A DNA stretch of 64,000 nt from Pristiophorus japonicus (lineage: Eukaryota), in contig NC_091984.1 in NCBI RefSeq assembly GCF_044704955.1, positions 146,630,001 through 146,694,000 of the forward strand. The letters are read 5' to 3'. The notes beneath the pieces were generated by a model. It did no database searches. It saw nothing but the letters and a program-made list of their open reading frames with translations, and was not told the DNA's origin. Positions 46,964 to 60,471 of the stretch are shown one piece after another. The stretch's first letter is position 1; each line of letters begins with the position of its first letter. A program made the translations under genes and the position numbers.

Positions 46964-48905
46964 ATTCCTCACCTCTCTACTCCTCCCGCCGAGGACAATA
47001 ATGGTATGTTCTGCACCTCTCCCTCCCTCCCCCCCCACCCGGGCACAAAAATGGTATGTTTCTCTCCTCTCCTCGTCCCCCCGGGGACAATAATGGTAGG
47101 TTCCTCACTTCACCCTCTCCCGCCCCCGGGAAAATAATTGTATATTCCTCACCGCTCCCTCTCCTCTCCCCGCTGGGGGATAATAGAGAACATAAGAAAT
47201 AGGAGCAGGAGTAGGCCATACGGCCCCTTGTGCCTGCTCCGCCATTTAATACGATCATGGCTGATCCGATCATGGACTCAGGTCCACTTCCCTGCCCGCC
47301 CTCCATAAACCCTTATCAGTTACGAAACTGTCTATTTCTGTCTAAAATTTATTCAATGTCCCAGCTTCCACAGCTCTCTGAGGCAGTGAATTCCACAGAT
47401 TTACAACCCTCTGAGAGAAGAAATTTCTCCTCATCTCAGTTTTAAATGGGCGGCCCCTAATTGTAAGATCATGCCCTCTGGTTCCAGTCTCCACTATCAG
47501 TGGAAACATCCTCTCTGCATCCACCTTGTCAAGCCCCCTCATAATCTTATACGTTTCGATAAGATCACCTCTCATTCTTCTGAATTCCAATGAGTAGAGG
47601 CCCAACCTCCTCAACCTTTCCTCATAAGTCAACCCCCGCTCCCTCTCCCCACACCACCCGGGGACAATAATGGTATGTTCCTCACCACTCCGCACCCCCG
47701 CCGCCCCAGGACAATAATAGTATGTTTCTCTCCTCTCACTCCCTGGGGACAATTATGGTATGTTCCTCACTTCTCCCTCTCCTCTCCCCCCGCCCCCCCG
47801 CTTACTCGGGGACAATAATGGTATGTTCCTCAACTCAACTCTCCCCTACTGGGTCAATTATGGTATGTTCCTCACCTCTCCCTCTCTTCTCACCCTCCTC
47901 CCCCTGCCCCGGGGACAATAATAGTGTATTCTTCACCTCAACTCTCCCCTACTGGTTCAATAATGGTATGATCCTCTCCTCTCCGCTCGCTCGGTCCACC
48001 CTTTGGACAATAATGGTATATTCCTCAGCTCGCCCTCCTCTCCCCCACTGGGGATAATAATGGTATATTCTTCACCTCGCCTCCCCACTGTGGACAATAA
48101 TGGTATGTTCCTCACTTCATCCTCTCCACCTCCCCCCCTCCCCCACACCCGGGAAAATAATTGTATATTCCTCCTCGGTCCCTCTCCTCTCCCCGCCAAG
48201 GAATAATAGAGAACATAAGAAATAGGAGCAGGAGTAGGCCATACGACCCCTCAAGCCTGCTCCACCATTTAATACAATCATGGCTGATCCGATCATGGAC
48301 TCAGGTCCACTTCCCTGCCCGCTCCCCATAACCCTTATTGGTTAAGAAACTGTCTATTTCTGTCTAAAATTTATTCAATGTCCCAGCTTCCACAGCTCTC
48401 TGAGGCAGTGAATTCCACAGATTTACAACCCTTTGAGAGAAGAAATTCCTCCTCATCTCAGTTTTAAATGGGTGGCCCCTAATTCTAAGATCATGCCCTC
48501 TGGTTCCAGTCTCCCCCATCAGAGGAAACATCCTCTTTGCATCCACCTTGTTAAGCCCCCTCATAATCTTATACATTTCTATAAGATCACCTCTCATTCT
48601 TCTGAATTTCAATGAGCAGTGGACCAACCTCCTCAACCTTTCCTCATAAGTCAAGCCCCTGTCCCTCTCCCCCCACCACCCGGGACAATAGTGGTATGTT
48701 CGTCACCTCTCCGCACCCCACCCATCTCCCCCACCCCCGGGACAATAATAGTATGTTTCTAACCTCTCTCTCTCCCCAACCCCAGGGACGATAATGGTAA
48801 GTTCCTCACTGCAACTTCTCCTCTCCCCCCCCCGGGGGACAATAATGGTATTTTCCTCACCACTCCCACTCCTTCCCCCCGCTCCCCGGGGACAATGATG
48901 GTATG
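46964..48905. repeat. Degenerate minisatellite (GGGACAATAATGGTATGTTCCTCACC plus C/T-rich linker) containing two copies of one CR1 3' insertion
   Basis: CR1 pieces 47187-47635 and 48210-48658 have matching junctions. Confidence 0.85.
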
Positions 48906-49244
48906 TTCTTGTTGGGTTCCCCTGGATCATTCCCAGTTACTGAGGAAGCCTTTGCAGATCCAATACGTGGGAATACCGAGTGCAGTGTTGAACGACAGCA
49001 CCTGGTGACCTGCTCACTGTTTCCATCCATGTACAGCAAAACCTGGACCTTCCGATTCCCCCCATGGCCAAGTTCCCCAGCACACTGAGCTCTTCAGCCC
49101 GCACTTTATCACATGGCATCGCAGAGCCGTTAATTTCTTGCGTGGGTTTTGTCGACAAACAGTTGGATAGTGTCTGCTCTCAAATGGATTATGTTCTTGG
49201 AGAGGCTCAACAGCACCTCCTTCTGGTTCTCCTTGTTTCCCCAC

Positions 49245-49945
49245 AACAACAACAACTTGTATTTATATAGCGCCTTTAACGTAGTGAAACATCTCAAGGC
49301 GCTTCACAGGAGTATTATGGGATACAAATGTTACACCGAGCTGCATGTGTAGAAATTAGCGCAGGTGACCAAAAGCTTGGTCAAAGAGGTAGGTTTTAAG
49401 GAGTGTCTTGAAGGAGGAAAGAGAGGTGGCGAGGTGGGAGAGGTTTAGAGAGGGAGTTCCAGAGCTTGGGGCCCAGGCAACGGAAGGCATGGCCACCAAT
49501 GGTTGAGCGATTATAATCAGGGATGCTCAGGAGGGCGAATTAGAGGAGCGCAGATATCTCGAGGGTTTGTGGGGCTGGAGGAGATTATAGAGATAAGGAG
49601 GGGTGAGGCCATGGAGGAGTGTGAAAATCAGGGTGAGAATTTTGAAATCGAGGCGTTGCTTTACCAGCAGCCAATGAAGGTCAGCGAGCACAGGGGTGAT
49701 GGGTGAGCGGGACATGGTGCGAGTTAGGACTCAGGCAGCCGAGTTTTGGATCACCTCTAGATTACATAGGATAGAATGTGGGAGACCAGCCAGGAGTGCG
49801 TGGGAATAATTGAGTCTAGAGGTAACAAAGGCATGGATGAGGGTTTCAGCAGCAGATGAGCTGAGGCAAATGCGGAGACGGGCGATGTTATGGAGATGGA
49901 AATAGACGGTCTTAGTTATGCTGCGGATGTGTGGTCGAAAGCTCA
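49245..49945 (-). mobile_element. L2 LINE 3' fragment
   Basis: AETLIHAFVTSRL.Y...LAGLP; ITPVLADLHWL.VKQR.DFKIL; tail at ~49260. Confidence 0.9.
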
Positions 49946-51199
49946 GACTAATCAACGTGCCCGTCACTTTATGAGACCAGTAATGGGCTCCAATTGTAAT
50001 GTTGCCCAGGCCCGTGACACACAGAAACTGGACAAGTGTAGAGCAAACACCCCAACAATCTGCTCACCAGCGTGTCTGTGAGCTGCAGCTGTGAAACCCG
50101 TGGAGATTTGAACAGCTCTCCGAAGGAGGAAGCCACGGTAATTGGCTGACAGTCTGGGACGGTAAGGATCGGAGCTGCCTGCCCTTCCACAATGCCCGGC
50201 AGGCTGAGGCCAGTGTATTTCACCATTGCTCTGGCCGGCAGGACAGCCTCCTTGTCGGACTTGCCCAGGTCCATCATCTGGTCCCATCCCTCACTTTTCA
50301 CCGTGTCCTTACCGACTGTTTTATTATTGGTCGGAGCCAGTGGGTCCTTTAGTGCCCCACACAGTCCATGCCCATCTCTGCTTCTCCATGTTTCACACCC
50401 AGCTGAGAAATCTCTCTGGTTGGATTTGCCGTGGGGAGCAGTAACATTGAGCAGAGAAACATTAACACAGGGGTTGAGATGAATGAGCAGAGCGCAGAAT
50501 AACAGCGGGAATAATGTAGTCACCGCCTCTGCCAACTCGGGCTTAGTTTTCAGATGGCAGCCAAGGATCGAAGGGTTAAATAGATTGAAGCTCTCTCCTC
50601 GTTGCTCTCTCAGGCACAAATACACAGTCTGTAGCACTTTGCTGTGATTGGTCCACCCCTGCGGTTTCTGTGTTGCCATGGTTTCCATTGTGAGGCCAGG
50701 AGACATGTGCCCTCAGTGGTGATGTGTCCCGCGGGGGTCATGTGCCCATATAAGTCCTGCCCGCTGTGTGTGTCAGTTTAAGGTGGGTGTTAGGGGTGAA
50801 GGCCCAGACCTGAGATACAGACCATACGGACAAGGCAACGTTCACAACCCTGGGCAGCCATGTTGGATTGAGCAGCTGGTTGTTCCTAATAGACAACCCT
50901 CCGCACCACAGACTCTCAAAGTCCTTGTGGCAAAAGGTGTAGAAATGGGAATGTCCCACAGACATTTCCAGCAGCATTGCCCCAATTTGGGATTTTCATG
51001 AGTCGCGGATTGAAACTGTTTAATGATGTCATGAGGAAGTGGTTGTGACATCAGGAGATGGGGCTGTGTGTCCATTATTATATATTATATATAACTGTGG
51101 GGTGAGTCAGTATAGGAGGTGGCACTTGTGTCCATTATTATATATTATTGTAATATTGTGTAATATATAGAGTAATATATCAGTATAATATATCATGGT

Positions 51200-51745
51200 C
51201 TACAGGGTTGTAATAATACCCGCCCTCCCGTATGGCTCAGAGGCATGGACCATGTACTCGTCCAGGCTAACATACCTAGTATTGAAGCACTGACCTCACT
51301 CGATCAGCTCTGCTGGGCAGGCCACATAGCTCGCATGCTCGCCACGAGACTCCTAAAGGATGTGCTCTACTCGTTGCTTCTCCACGGCAAACGAGCCAAA
51401 GGTGGGCAATGGAAACGTTACAAGGACACGCTCAAAGCCTCCCTGATAAAGTGCAACATCCCCACTGACACCTGGCAGTCCCTGGCCAAAGTCCACCCTA
51501 AGTGGAGGAAGTGCATCTGGGAGAGCACTGAGCACCTCGAGTCTCAACGCCGAGAGCATGCAGAAACCGAGCACAGGCAATGGAAATAGCGTGTGGCAAA
51601 CCAACCCCACCCACCCCTTCCCTCAACGACTATCTGTTCCACCTGTGACAGGGAATGTGGCTCTCGTATTGGACTGTTTAGCCACCTAATGACTCATTTT
51701 AAGAGTTGAAGCAAGTCTTCCGCGATTCCGAGGGACTGTCTATGA
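51200..51745 (+). mobile_element. RTE-clade LINE 3' fragment
   Basis: QL.WAGHIARM...RL.K.VLY..L..GKR..GGQ.KRYKDTLK; terminal CSTC...SRIGLFSH...H zinc finger. Confidence 0.85.
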
Positions 51746-51749
51746 GGAA

Positions 51750-54676
51750 TATATATAGCTCCATCCGGTGGTCTCCTGTGGCACTGCAGCCAGTGCTGTG
51801 TAAAAATAAAGAGGGAACTGGTCACCTAACTAGAATTCCAGAGTGTTTGCCATTTTAAGGTTGTGTGTGTGTTTGAGTTGTACTGGAGATATAATAATGG
51901 TGATGAGAATGGCATAATCAGAAAAAAAGCTGCAATTTTTGTTGATGGATGATTCAGCCAACCGACAGAGATACTTTGAGAGCTTCTCTGTTTTGATTAA
52001 CAGCTGCAAATCTGAGGTATATTACAAGCACACTTGTTTGAACTGCCAGAGTCCAGATGGCCACGCCTATGGGAATAATAGGGTATTTGGGGGAGTTTCA
52101 ATGTGACCGTGAAAGTTTCGGAGCATATGTGGAGCGGCTAGAAATGTTTTTCACTGCAAATAATTTCATCGATGTCCCCAATGATGAAAACCATAACCGG
52201 ATGGTGTTGGAAAAATAACGGGCGATTGTCTCAACTAAAGCAGGGCCCAAGATGTACGAAACCTTAAAAAAATGTCCAGTGACTGTCAAGCCAAAGAACA
52301 CAACTCGTAAGCAGATTCAGCACTACAGTCTGCTTAAGGAAATTGCTGAAAGTTATGGTTTCGGATTACGGGATCAGTTAACCGAAGAAAATATCAGTGA
52401 GTACAATGTAGCATTAAAAGGGCTATCTATTCACTGTAATGTTGGAAACTTTCAGGACCAAGCATTGCATGACCGCTTTGTTTGTGAGATGAACAATGAT
52501 GTGTTCAGAAGAAAGTTATTGACAACGCCTAACTTGACTTTTGATTTAGCTTGTCAGACAGCTACGTCAATGAATATGGCTGACCAATATTCCCGAGAAT
52601 TTCATATTATTTCCAGTTGTCGGATAACCGAGGTGAATCGCCTGCAGGTTAAAAGTAAAAGGCAGTTGGGCCCCAAGGTCTCAGAAACTGCCAATGGTAA
52701 CAGAGCATTGAAGTCATGCGATCGGTGCCTGGGACAACACATTGCTCAAAGTTGTCCATATGTGAAGGCAGAGTGTTTCATCTGCAGGAAAACTGGGCAT
52801 CTTGCGAAGGCATGCCGACTGAAGGGTAAACTAGCTTTCAAAGCTAAAAGTAGAAATCCCCAAAGACTACATAGGATGCAAGATAAACAACAGGATGAGG
52901 AGGATTTAGAGCTACACGTTATCAGGAGCACGAGGTTAACTAACAGCAATTCGAAAAGTATCATAATCCACATAGATGTTGCAGGAACCAAGATACCCAT
53001 GGAAATCGATACTGGTGCATCCGTGAGTGTAGTACCGGAGTCGCTATACCTCGACAAATTAAGTGATTTCCCATTGGAGAAATCCAAGATAGAGCTGCGA
53101 GGCTATTTGGGAGAGAACATTCCTGTGGTAGGTCTTATCACTGTCCCGATGACATACAAGGATCAATTCAGAGCTTGCAACTATTAGTAGTGGCAGGAGA
53201 CAAGCCTGCCTTACTAGGAAGAAATTGGTTGGGGTCACTGACGCTGGATTGAAGAGAGATTTGTCGTGTTGAAACGAGATTTTCATCAAAGGATGATGTT
53301 ATCAAGAATTATCCGAAGGTGTTCTGTGAAACAGGCAATCCGATCCAAGGCTTCAAGGCGAGTGTCAGGGTACAGACGGACGCTAGATCGGTTTACTGCA
53401 AGCCATGTCCCGTACCATATGCACTCAAGGAGAATGTTGAGCAAGAACTCAAAAGACTAGAGTCTGAGAACATTATTTGTAAGATTGATCGATGTAATTG
53501 GTCTACACCATTGTTGTTGTACCTAAGTCCGATGGCAAGGTAAGATTGTGTGGTGATTATAAAGTAACCGTACACTAGGTTCTATAGGTTCTAGAGGGTA
53601 ATATCCCCAATAGTTTGCCAAATGTAGAAGATTTGTTCACAACACTGCAGGTGGTCAGATCTTCTCAAAGTTGGATCTTACAAATGCCTACTTACAACTT
53701 GAACTAGGTGAGGAGTCCAAGTCATGCTTATAGGCCTATATCAATTTAATAGGCTACCATTTTGAGTGTCATATTCCAAGGGGTGATGAACCAGATTTTG
53801 CAAAGTATTGAAGGGGTAGCATGTTATTTAGATGACTTACTAATTTTAGGATCTAATAGGAACATTCATAATAACATATTGAATGAAGTCATCAAACGGA
53901 TTTCAAAACTCCGTGGAGTACTTAGGGTACAGAGTAGACCAAGATGGTTTACATCCAATTAAAGGAAAGCTGGATGCAATCAAGAATGCACCCACTCCCA
54001 AGAATGTCACTGAACTTCGATCATTTTTGGGTCTTTTGAACTATCATGGGAAGTTCCTACCAAATTTGGCTACAGTGTTACATCCACTGAATGAACTATT
54101 GAAAAACCAGGTTATTGGAAGTGGTCAGAATAATGCGATACAGCATTCAAGGAGTGTAAAAGCAACTTGGTAGAGAGCATCATGTTAGTTCATTATAACG
54201 TATCTAAGAAGATCAAGCTAGCATGTGATGCTTCTCTGTATGAAGTTGGGGCAGTGATCGCTCATGTACTACATAGTGGGGAGGAGAGACCAATTGCTTT
54301 TGCTTCATGCACTCTCAATGCCAGTGAGTGTAATTATGCGCAAATTGAAAGGGAAGTTTTGGCATTAATGTTTGGGGTCAAGAAGTTCCACAAATACTTG
54401 TATGGTCGTAAGTTGACCATCATTATGGACCATAAACCCCTGACAGCAATCCTCCATCCAAAGTCCCCAGTTCCAACATTAGCTGCATCCTGAATGCAGA
54501 GATGGGCTTTGATTTTGTCAGCATATACATATGATACTGAATTCTGATGATCAGCTGATCACAGTAACGCTGATGCTATGTCTAGATTGCCTTCCCCATC
54601 ACAAGTTACACCCGATAGGGAAGAAGTGTTCTATTTTTCATACATTGATGAACTGCCAGTCACAGCTGAAGAGATT
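51750..54676 (+). mobile_element. Ty3/Gypsy element: partial 5' LTR, PBS, gag-PR-RT-RNase H, truncated before integrase
   Basis: PBS-like TGG at 51898; gag ATG at 52057; two CCHC knuckles, IDTGASVS, YLDD and LACDAS motifs; many stops. Confidence 0.9.
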
Positions 54677-55066
54677 GGTCTAGACTTTCCACTTTGTTCA
54701 CTCGGGCCTTAGTGGTGTTTCAGCCTTAGTGGTGTTTCAGCCTTTGTGATCGCTGGACCATCGGCCATTTTTCGGCTCGGTGATAGCCCAGTGATGTGAA
54801 ATGGGCGAAGCGAGAGCCCAGGGATGTGACATCACCCAGCGATGGTGAAGGCAAAAGCTTCCCTAGCAACGGGCTTCTGCGCATGCGTGCTTTTTTTTTG
54901 GTGGACATGTTTTCCCGCTTCTCGAGAGGTCGGGGGTCATCCACACATACGCAGAAGGGGAAGAGATATTGAGAGAGGATAGAGAGAGTGAGATAGAGAG
55001 AGGAGAAAGCCAGAGACAGAGAGAAGAGAGAAAAGAGAGAGAGAGATAGAGAGAGAAGTAATGAAT

Positions 55067-57930
55067 ATGTCTGACAGTGATGAAAGTGTTAGAGATGTGG
55101 AGAGGGGGAGGAAGAGGTCCGAACCCTTTTCGGATGAGGCCAACGAGGTGCTCGTCGCAGAGGTCCAGTCCCGGTGGACCCAAGTGACCAGGGGAGGGGG
55201 AGGGGGGGTGCAGAGCGTGGTGGGAAACCAACACCACGGGCGTACCATCAGATATGGAGTGAGACCGCCACTGTCATCCCGTCTGCATCCCACGAAGCCA
55301 GGGGATCTGATCAGTGCCGCAAGTGCTGGAACAGCCTTGTGCTTCAGCAAGTGTAATTATGAGTTTATATTGCAATGATGCAAATTCTAAGTATAATTAT
55401 AATTATAATTTTCAATCTCCTGGATTGAATGTAAGCTTGTTATTCTAACATATATAAGATATATCATGCCCGCTAAAAACTGGACGTGGTTATGAAGCTG
55501 TGCCCATTTTAAGTCTCTCTGGCTACTGTCACTTACACAGGGACCTAGCATGGACTGGGGGAGAGCTGCCTTTGCTAACTGTCTGGCCTCGGACAATTTT
55601 GGAGATTAGCTACTGTCATTGTCGAGTTGAATGTAGATTGTATTCGAGAGTGATGTCGGCCTCAAGCATTCGCTCCTAAACACACCGATCTTTGTTATAA
55701 CCGTGCATCAATTGTGGACACACACCCTATTAGCATATAACGTTGGGAACTGTTGTCTATAAATTATATAACCTAGTCAAGTAACTTATGCCATGCTCTT
55801 TTCACATTTGACAAGGAAGATATCTCATAATCGGGTGCTGCAGAGGTGCACCGGACGAGGCCCTGCTGTAATACAGACACTGACCGGCCTTGAGGAATGT
55901 ACTGCAGCACTAGTGGGGGCCCACAGTCACACAGTCACCACCCGTAATGTTGCCGGACCCTCCCATGTGTCATGTGAGCAATGTTTCAAGCAGTGCTTTA
56001 GTAATGTTACATCATCTCATTATAATAGAATAGACAAATGATGTCATGTTATGCATGCGGCCTCTGTGCTACTCTGAGGTCAAGAACATAAGAACATAAG
56101 AGCAGGCCATCTGGCCATCGGTCTCCTTCTCTGTCCACACCCCATAAACCCTCACTCCCTTGTCATTCTGTCTATCTGTGACTGATCCAACCTCCACAGC
56201 TCTCTGGCGCAGTGAGTTCCACATAGATGTACCACCATATGTACTACCATATGATGCATTAATATGTAACGTCTCTCGCTCACATTTATTGCAGTAGTGC
56301 TGTTCCTCCAATGTATGCCAGCGCGGTGCAGCAATCCCTTCTGTTCCAATAAACTCAATTATGTGTTGCAGGTCTCCCAGCTCCAGAGGGCCAGTGGAGG
56401 ACACATCCTCACATGCACCTACCCCACTGCATGTGTCACTCACCTTCCCCACAGCACGTCACTCACCTACCCCACAGCACATCACTCACCTACCCCACAG
56501 CACGTCACTCACCTACCCCACTGCATGTGTCACTCACCTACCCCACTGCATGTGTCACTCACCTGCCCCACTGCATGTGTCACTCACCTACCCCACTGCA
56601 TGTGTCACTCACCTACCCCACTGCATGTGTCACTCACCTACCCCACTGCATGTGTCACTCACCTACCCCACTGCATGTGTCACTCACCTGCCCCACAGCA
56701 TGTGTCACTCACCTACACCACAGCATGTGTCACTCACCTACCCCACTGCATGTGTCACTCACCTACCCCACTGCATGTGTCACTCACCTACCCCACTGCA
56801 TGTGTCACTCACCTACCCCACAGCACGTCACTCACCTGCCCCACTGCATGTGTCACTCACCTACCCCACTGCATGTGTCACTCACCTGCCCCACTGCATG
56901 TGTCACTCACCTGCCCCACTGCATGTGTCACTCACCTGCCCCACAGCACGTCACTCACCTACCCCACTGCATGTGTCACTCACCTGCCCCACAGCACGTC
57001 ACTCACCTACCCCACAGCATGTCACTCACCTACCCCACTGCATGTGTCACTCACCTTACCCACTGCATGTGTCACTCACCTATGCCACTGTACATCACTC
57101 ACCTATCCCACTGCCCATTACTCACCTATCCCACTGCACATTACTCACCTACCCCTCTGTACATCATTCACCTACCCCACTGCACATCACTCACCTACCC
57201 CACTGCCTATGTCACTCACCACGGGTGGTGAAGAGGAGGAGACCACCAAGCCCAAGGAGGAGGAATACTTGGAAACAGAGGAGGATGCCCCTTGCATCCC
57301 TCTGTCTGGTGAACCTGCGGCCATGACGATGATTCCCACCGAAGAGGTAGCAGCAACAAGCGGCAACGAGTTGGCGACACCAAGCCGCACATTGGTGCTG
57401 TCAGGGGCTTAAGCAAAGGCTTACCCTGGACGATTGCATCGACAGCCTGGCAACGAATGTGTGAGGAGTCTGTCATGATCCAGCGTGAGCAGTTCCAGGT
57501 GTTTGTGGGGTTCACGGATGAATTCTCCCGGGTGTCTGCTCACCAAGCGGAAGCGATGCAGCAGCTGATCCACGAGATGCATGAAATCTCCGCCTCCTCC
57601 CATGCATTGCGGCATGCGTTCTTGGCGGCACACGGCACTGCACCCCGAGCTCCCGTGACCACAAGCACCGGCACACAGGCGGGTCCGGAGGATGCACCTC
57701 CTCCTGACTCGGAAGTCCATCCCCCTGTTTTGTCCTCCCCTCCAACAGCCCCCCTACAGGTGATCGTGACACCACATCCCTCACCGTGGCAAGAAGTCTT
57801 GCCGTAGCCCACTGCACACTGGCTTCATAGCAATACCCGGGGACCAAAACATGTGGGTGAGGTAAGGAGACGCTTGGTGCAGGATCTGGAGGGAAACGTG
57901 GCCACAGGTAGAGAGGGGGTGCAATGTGTT
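55067..57930 (+). pseudogene. Second Harbinger Myb/SANT-like gene, 3 exons, frameshifted (3' end approximate)
   Basis: KRSEPFSDEANEVLV..V..RW...YHQIWSE.A......R..DQCRKCWNSL; exon 2 at ~55817-55973 reads KISHNR....TGRGP....LTGLEE; exon 3 starts at 56372. Confidence 0.75.
56410..57220. repeat. 25-bp minisatellite, ~33 copies (CACTCACCTACCCCACTGCATGTGT), with 23-bp variants
   Basis: Period of 25 bp at 56581, 56606 and 56631. Confidence 0.95.
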
Positions 57931-58720
57931 TTATATTGTACATATTGTTCACATTGTTCATTGTTGGTGTTTTCATTGTTGTTTCACTGTTGGGGTGTGG
58001 GTGGGAGAGGGGGGTGCTTTTGTGTTTGTAATTTAAAAATAACGTTCAAGAGTTATTATTTTATTAAAACAATTTTATTTCACTTTACAATTGTTGTGCA
58101 TTGTCTTCTAATAACGTAAATTTTTGTAAAACATGAATGCAACTGTTGTGAAACAATGGCCAGGCCGGACCCAGTAAGGATGAAATGTCACTTTGAATAT
58201 AAATACAATAACATGTCTAATTGTGAGTGGATCTATCTTTAAAAGGCCCTTAAATAATTCACAAACTATCTAAGCCCCTGTTTAAACAGCCTCCTCGCTT
58301 CCTGCAACGTTCAAAATGGTGTCCGTAGTGCCAAGCTCTGTGAGGAAGGCCAGGCAATAACAACTATTCTCCTGCAATGTTCTCGGTGAGCGATCAGCCC
58401 GGCGATGTGCCGACGATGTGCCGGAAGTTGGGCTGGGCGATGTGCGGGCGATCACCTCGGTGATGTGAGCCAAAAGTTGGGGGGATAATTCTCCGGGATG
58501 TGACAGCCCAACTTTCCACTTTTGAGTCAAAATGGGCAATAGCAGGCCTTTTTGGGCAATATATGGGCACTAGCCCAGCGATGTAAAGTGGAAAGTCTAG
58601 CCCTATGTTTCTATGTTTCTAACCATGATCTTATTGAATGGCAGAGCAGGCTCGAGGGGACAAATAGCTTTCTCAACCTAGTAATTCAACCTAGTAATTC
58701 TTATGTACTTATGTTCTCGT

Positions 58721-58865
58721 GCCGCCCACAGTGTGTGTGATGTCAGAGCCCCGCCCACAGTGCGTGTGATTTGAGAGCCCCACCCACCGTGCGTGTGATT
58801 TGAGAGTCCCGCCCACTACTCATGTAATGTCAGAGCCCCGCCCACTGCACGTGTGATGTCAGAGC
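58721..58865. repeat. 29-bp minisatellite, 5 copies, with GC boxes
   Basis: GAGCCCCGCCCACAGTGCGTGTGATGTCA-like units. Confidence 0.85.
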
Positions 58866-58879
58866 AAACACATCATCTT

Positions 58880-59570
58880 GAAGGAACAGACAGGTAGATT
58901 GGTGGAGAGGTTTTGGCAGGTTGTTCCAGAGCTTGGGGCCCAGGCAACAGGAGACAGGGCCAGCAATGTTTGAGTGATTTTAATCAGGGATGCTCAAGAG
59001 GGCAGAATTAGAGGAGCGCAGCATCTTCGGGGGTTGTGGGGCTGGAGGAGATACAGAGATAGGGAGGGGTGAGACCATGGAGGGATTTGAAAACAAGGAA
59101 GAGAATTTTGAAATCGCTTAACCGGGAGCCAATGTCGGTCAGCGAGCACAAGAGGTGATGGGTGAGTGGGCTCGGTGCAAGTTAGGACACGGGTTGCCTA
59201 GTTTTGGATCACCTCTAGTTTACGCTGGGTAGAATGTGGGAGGCCAGCCAGGAGTGCGTTGGAATAGTCGAGTCTAGAGGTAACAAAGGCATGGATGAGG
59301 GTTTCAGCAGAGGATGAGCTGAGGCAGGGGTGGAGACGGACGATGTTACGGAGGTGGAAATAGACGGTTTTAGTTATGTTGCGGATGTGTGGCCGGAAGC
59401 TGATTTCAGGGACAAATATGACACCAAGCTTGTGAATAGTGTGGTTTAACCTCAGACAGAAGTTGGGGAGAGGGATGGACTCATGGCTAGGGAACGGAGT
59501 TTGTGGCTGGACTGAAAACAATGGCTTCAGTATTCCCAATATTGAATTGGAGAAAATTTCTGCTCATCCG
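58880..59570 (-). mobile_element. L2 LINE fragment
   Basis: ORF 59198..59539(-): LIHAFVTSRLDYSNALLAGLP. Confidence 0.88.
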
Positions 59571-60471
59571 GAACAACACGGTGAAGGTGCAGCTGGGAGG
59601 AGGCTAAAGTCAACAATTTTTTGGGCTGAAGTGAATTTTTGTTCTAATTCGGAGAATTATTTAAAGCCAAAAAAATACGGGGAAGTGATTTTGGATGTGG
59701 CCGGTTCATTTAAAGTTAAATTTTGTAAGGTATTGTCCCCTGTTTGAAAGCGTTACTCAGGGTTTTTTAAATCATGTTACAACAGACGAGAAAAGAGTTG
59801 TGGTCACATTTGTATCTCAGAGTTTGTGAGAGACGAAGGGAACGGCAGCAGAAAAAGAGGAAAAAACATCTCCAAAACTGATCCCAACTCATCGCCGAGG
59901 CTGGGGGTAGATAAGCTCACTGCCTTCCGAGCAAGTTTCACCACTTTATTCACTTTCTTATTTGAGCTCTGATTGGATCCGTTTACTTGATTATTTTTTG
60001 GTGCATGTGTAACGACAGTATTGAGGCAGCGCAGATAAACATGGAGCATTTTCTTCTCCCAAAGCGACATGGGGACTGGAAAACAATGTAAGATTTTTCA
60101 TGAACGTTTCACAAAAAGTGAGTGTTGGAAACACTTTTCCACCTAAGTTTCGAAGATAATTTCGGAAGAAACAAACAAAAATCAATTATCCCCTCATCAA
60201 AACAATTCTCAACCTGATCTTAAAATCCAAACGCTTTTAAAGTGTCTCCGAATTGCTTAAACCGTGTAAAATTGAAGTTTCTCAGTATTAGATTTGGAAC
60301 GTGCAGGTTTATACAAACATGCATCCCGTACTGTTAAGGAGGGGAGGGCAGTGAAGGATTTGTAGGAGTTACACCTCACTTTTTATTGACTGATTATAAA
60401 TTATCAAGAAGCCATTTAGGAAGAGAACCAAAAAAAGGTCAACACACAAACCATTTAAATTTATATAATAT

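Larger units (their letters stand above)
54677..58603. mobile_element. Non-autonomous Harbinger carrying only the Myb/SANT gene
   Basis: TIRs GGTCTAGACTTTCCACTTT / AAAGTGGAAAGTCTAGCCC (18/19 match); no transposase seen; flanks do not form a TSD. Confidence 0.82.

Noticed and set aside
46964-48905. CRISPR-like repeat/spacer appearance
   Set aside because: The linkers are low-complexity and related to each other, the repeats are degenerate, the context is vertebrate, and there are no cas genes.
56297-57412. Long Cys/His-rich ORFs (371, 321 and 272 aa)
   Set aside because: These are translations of a stop-free 25-bp minisatellite in three frames, not zinc-finger or metallothionein genes.
58727-58762. 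Two CACAGTG heptamers
   Set aside because: Part of a 29-bp minisatellite, with no nonamer at 12 or 23 bp.
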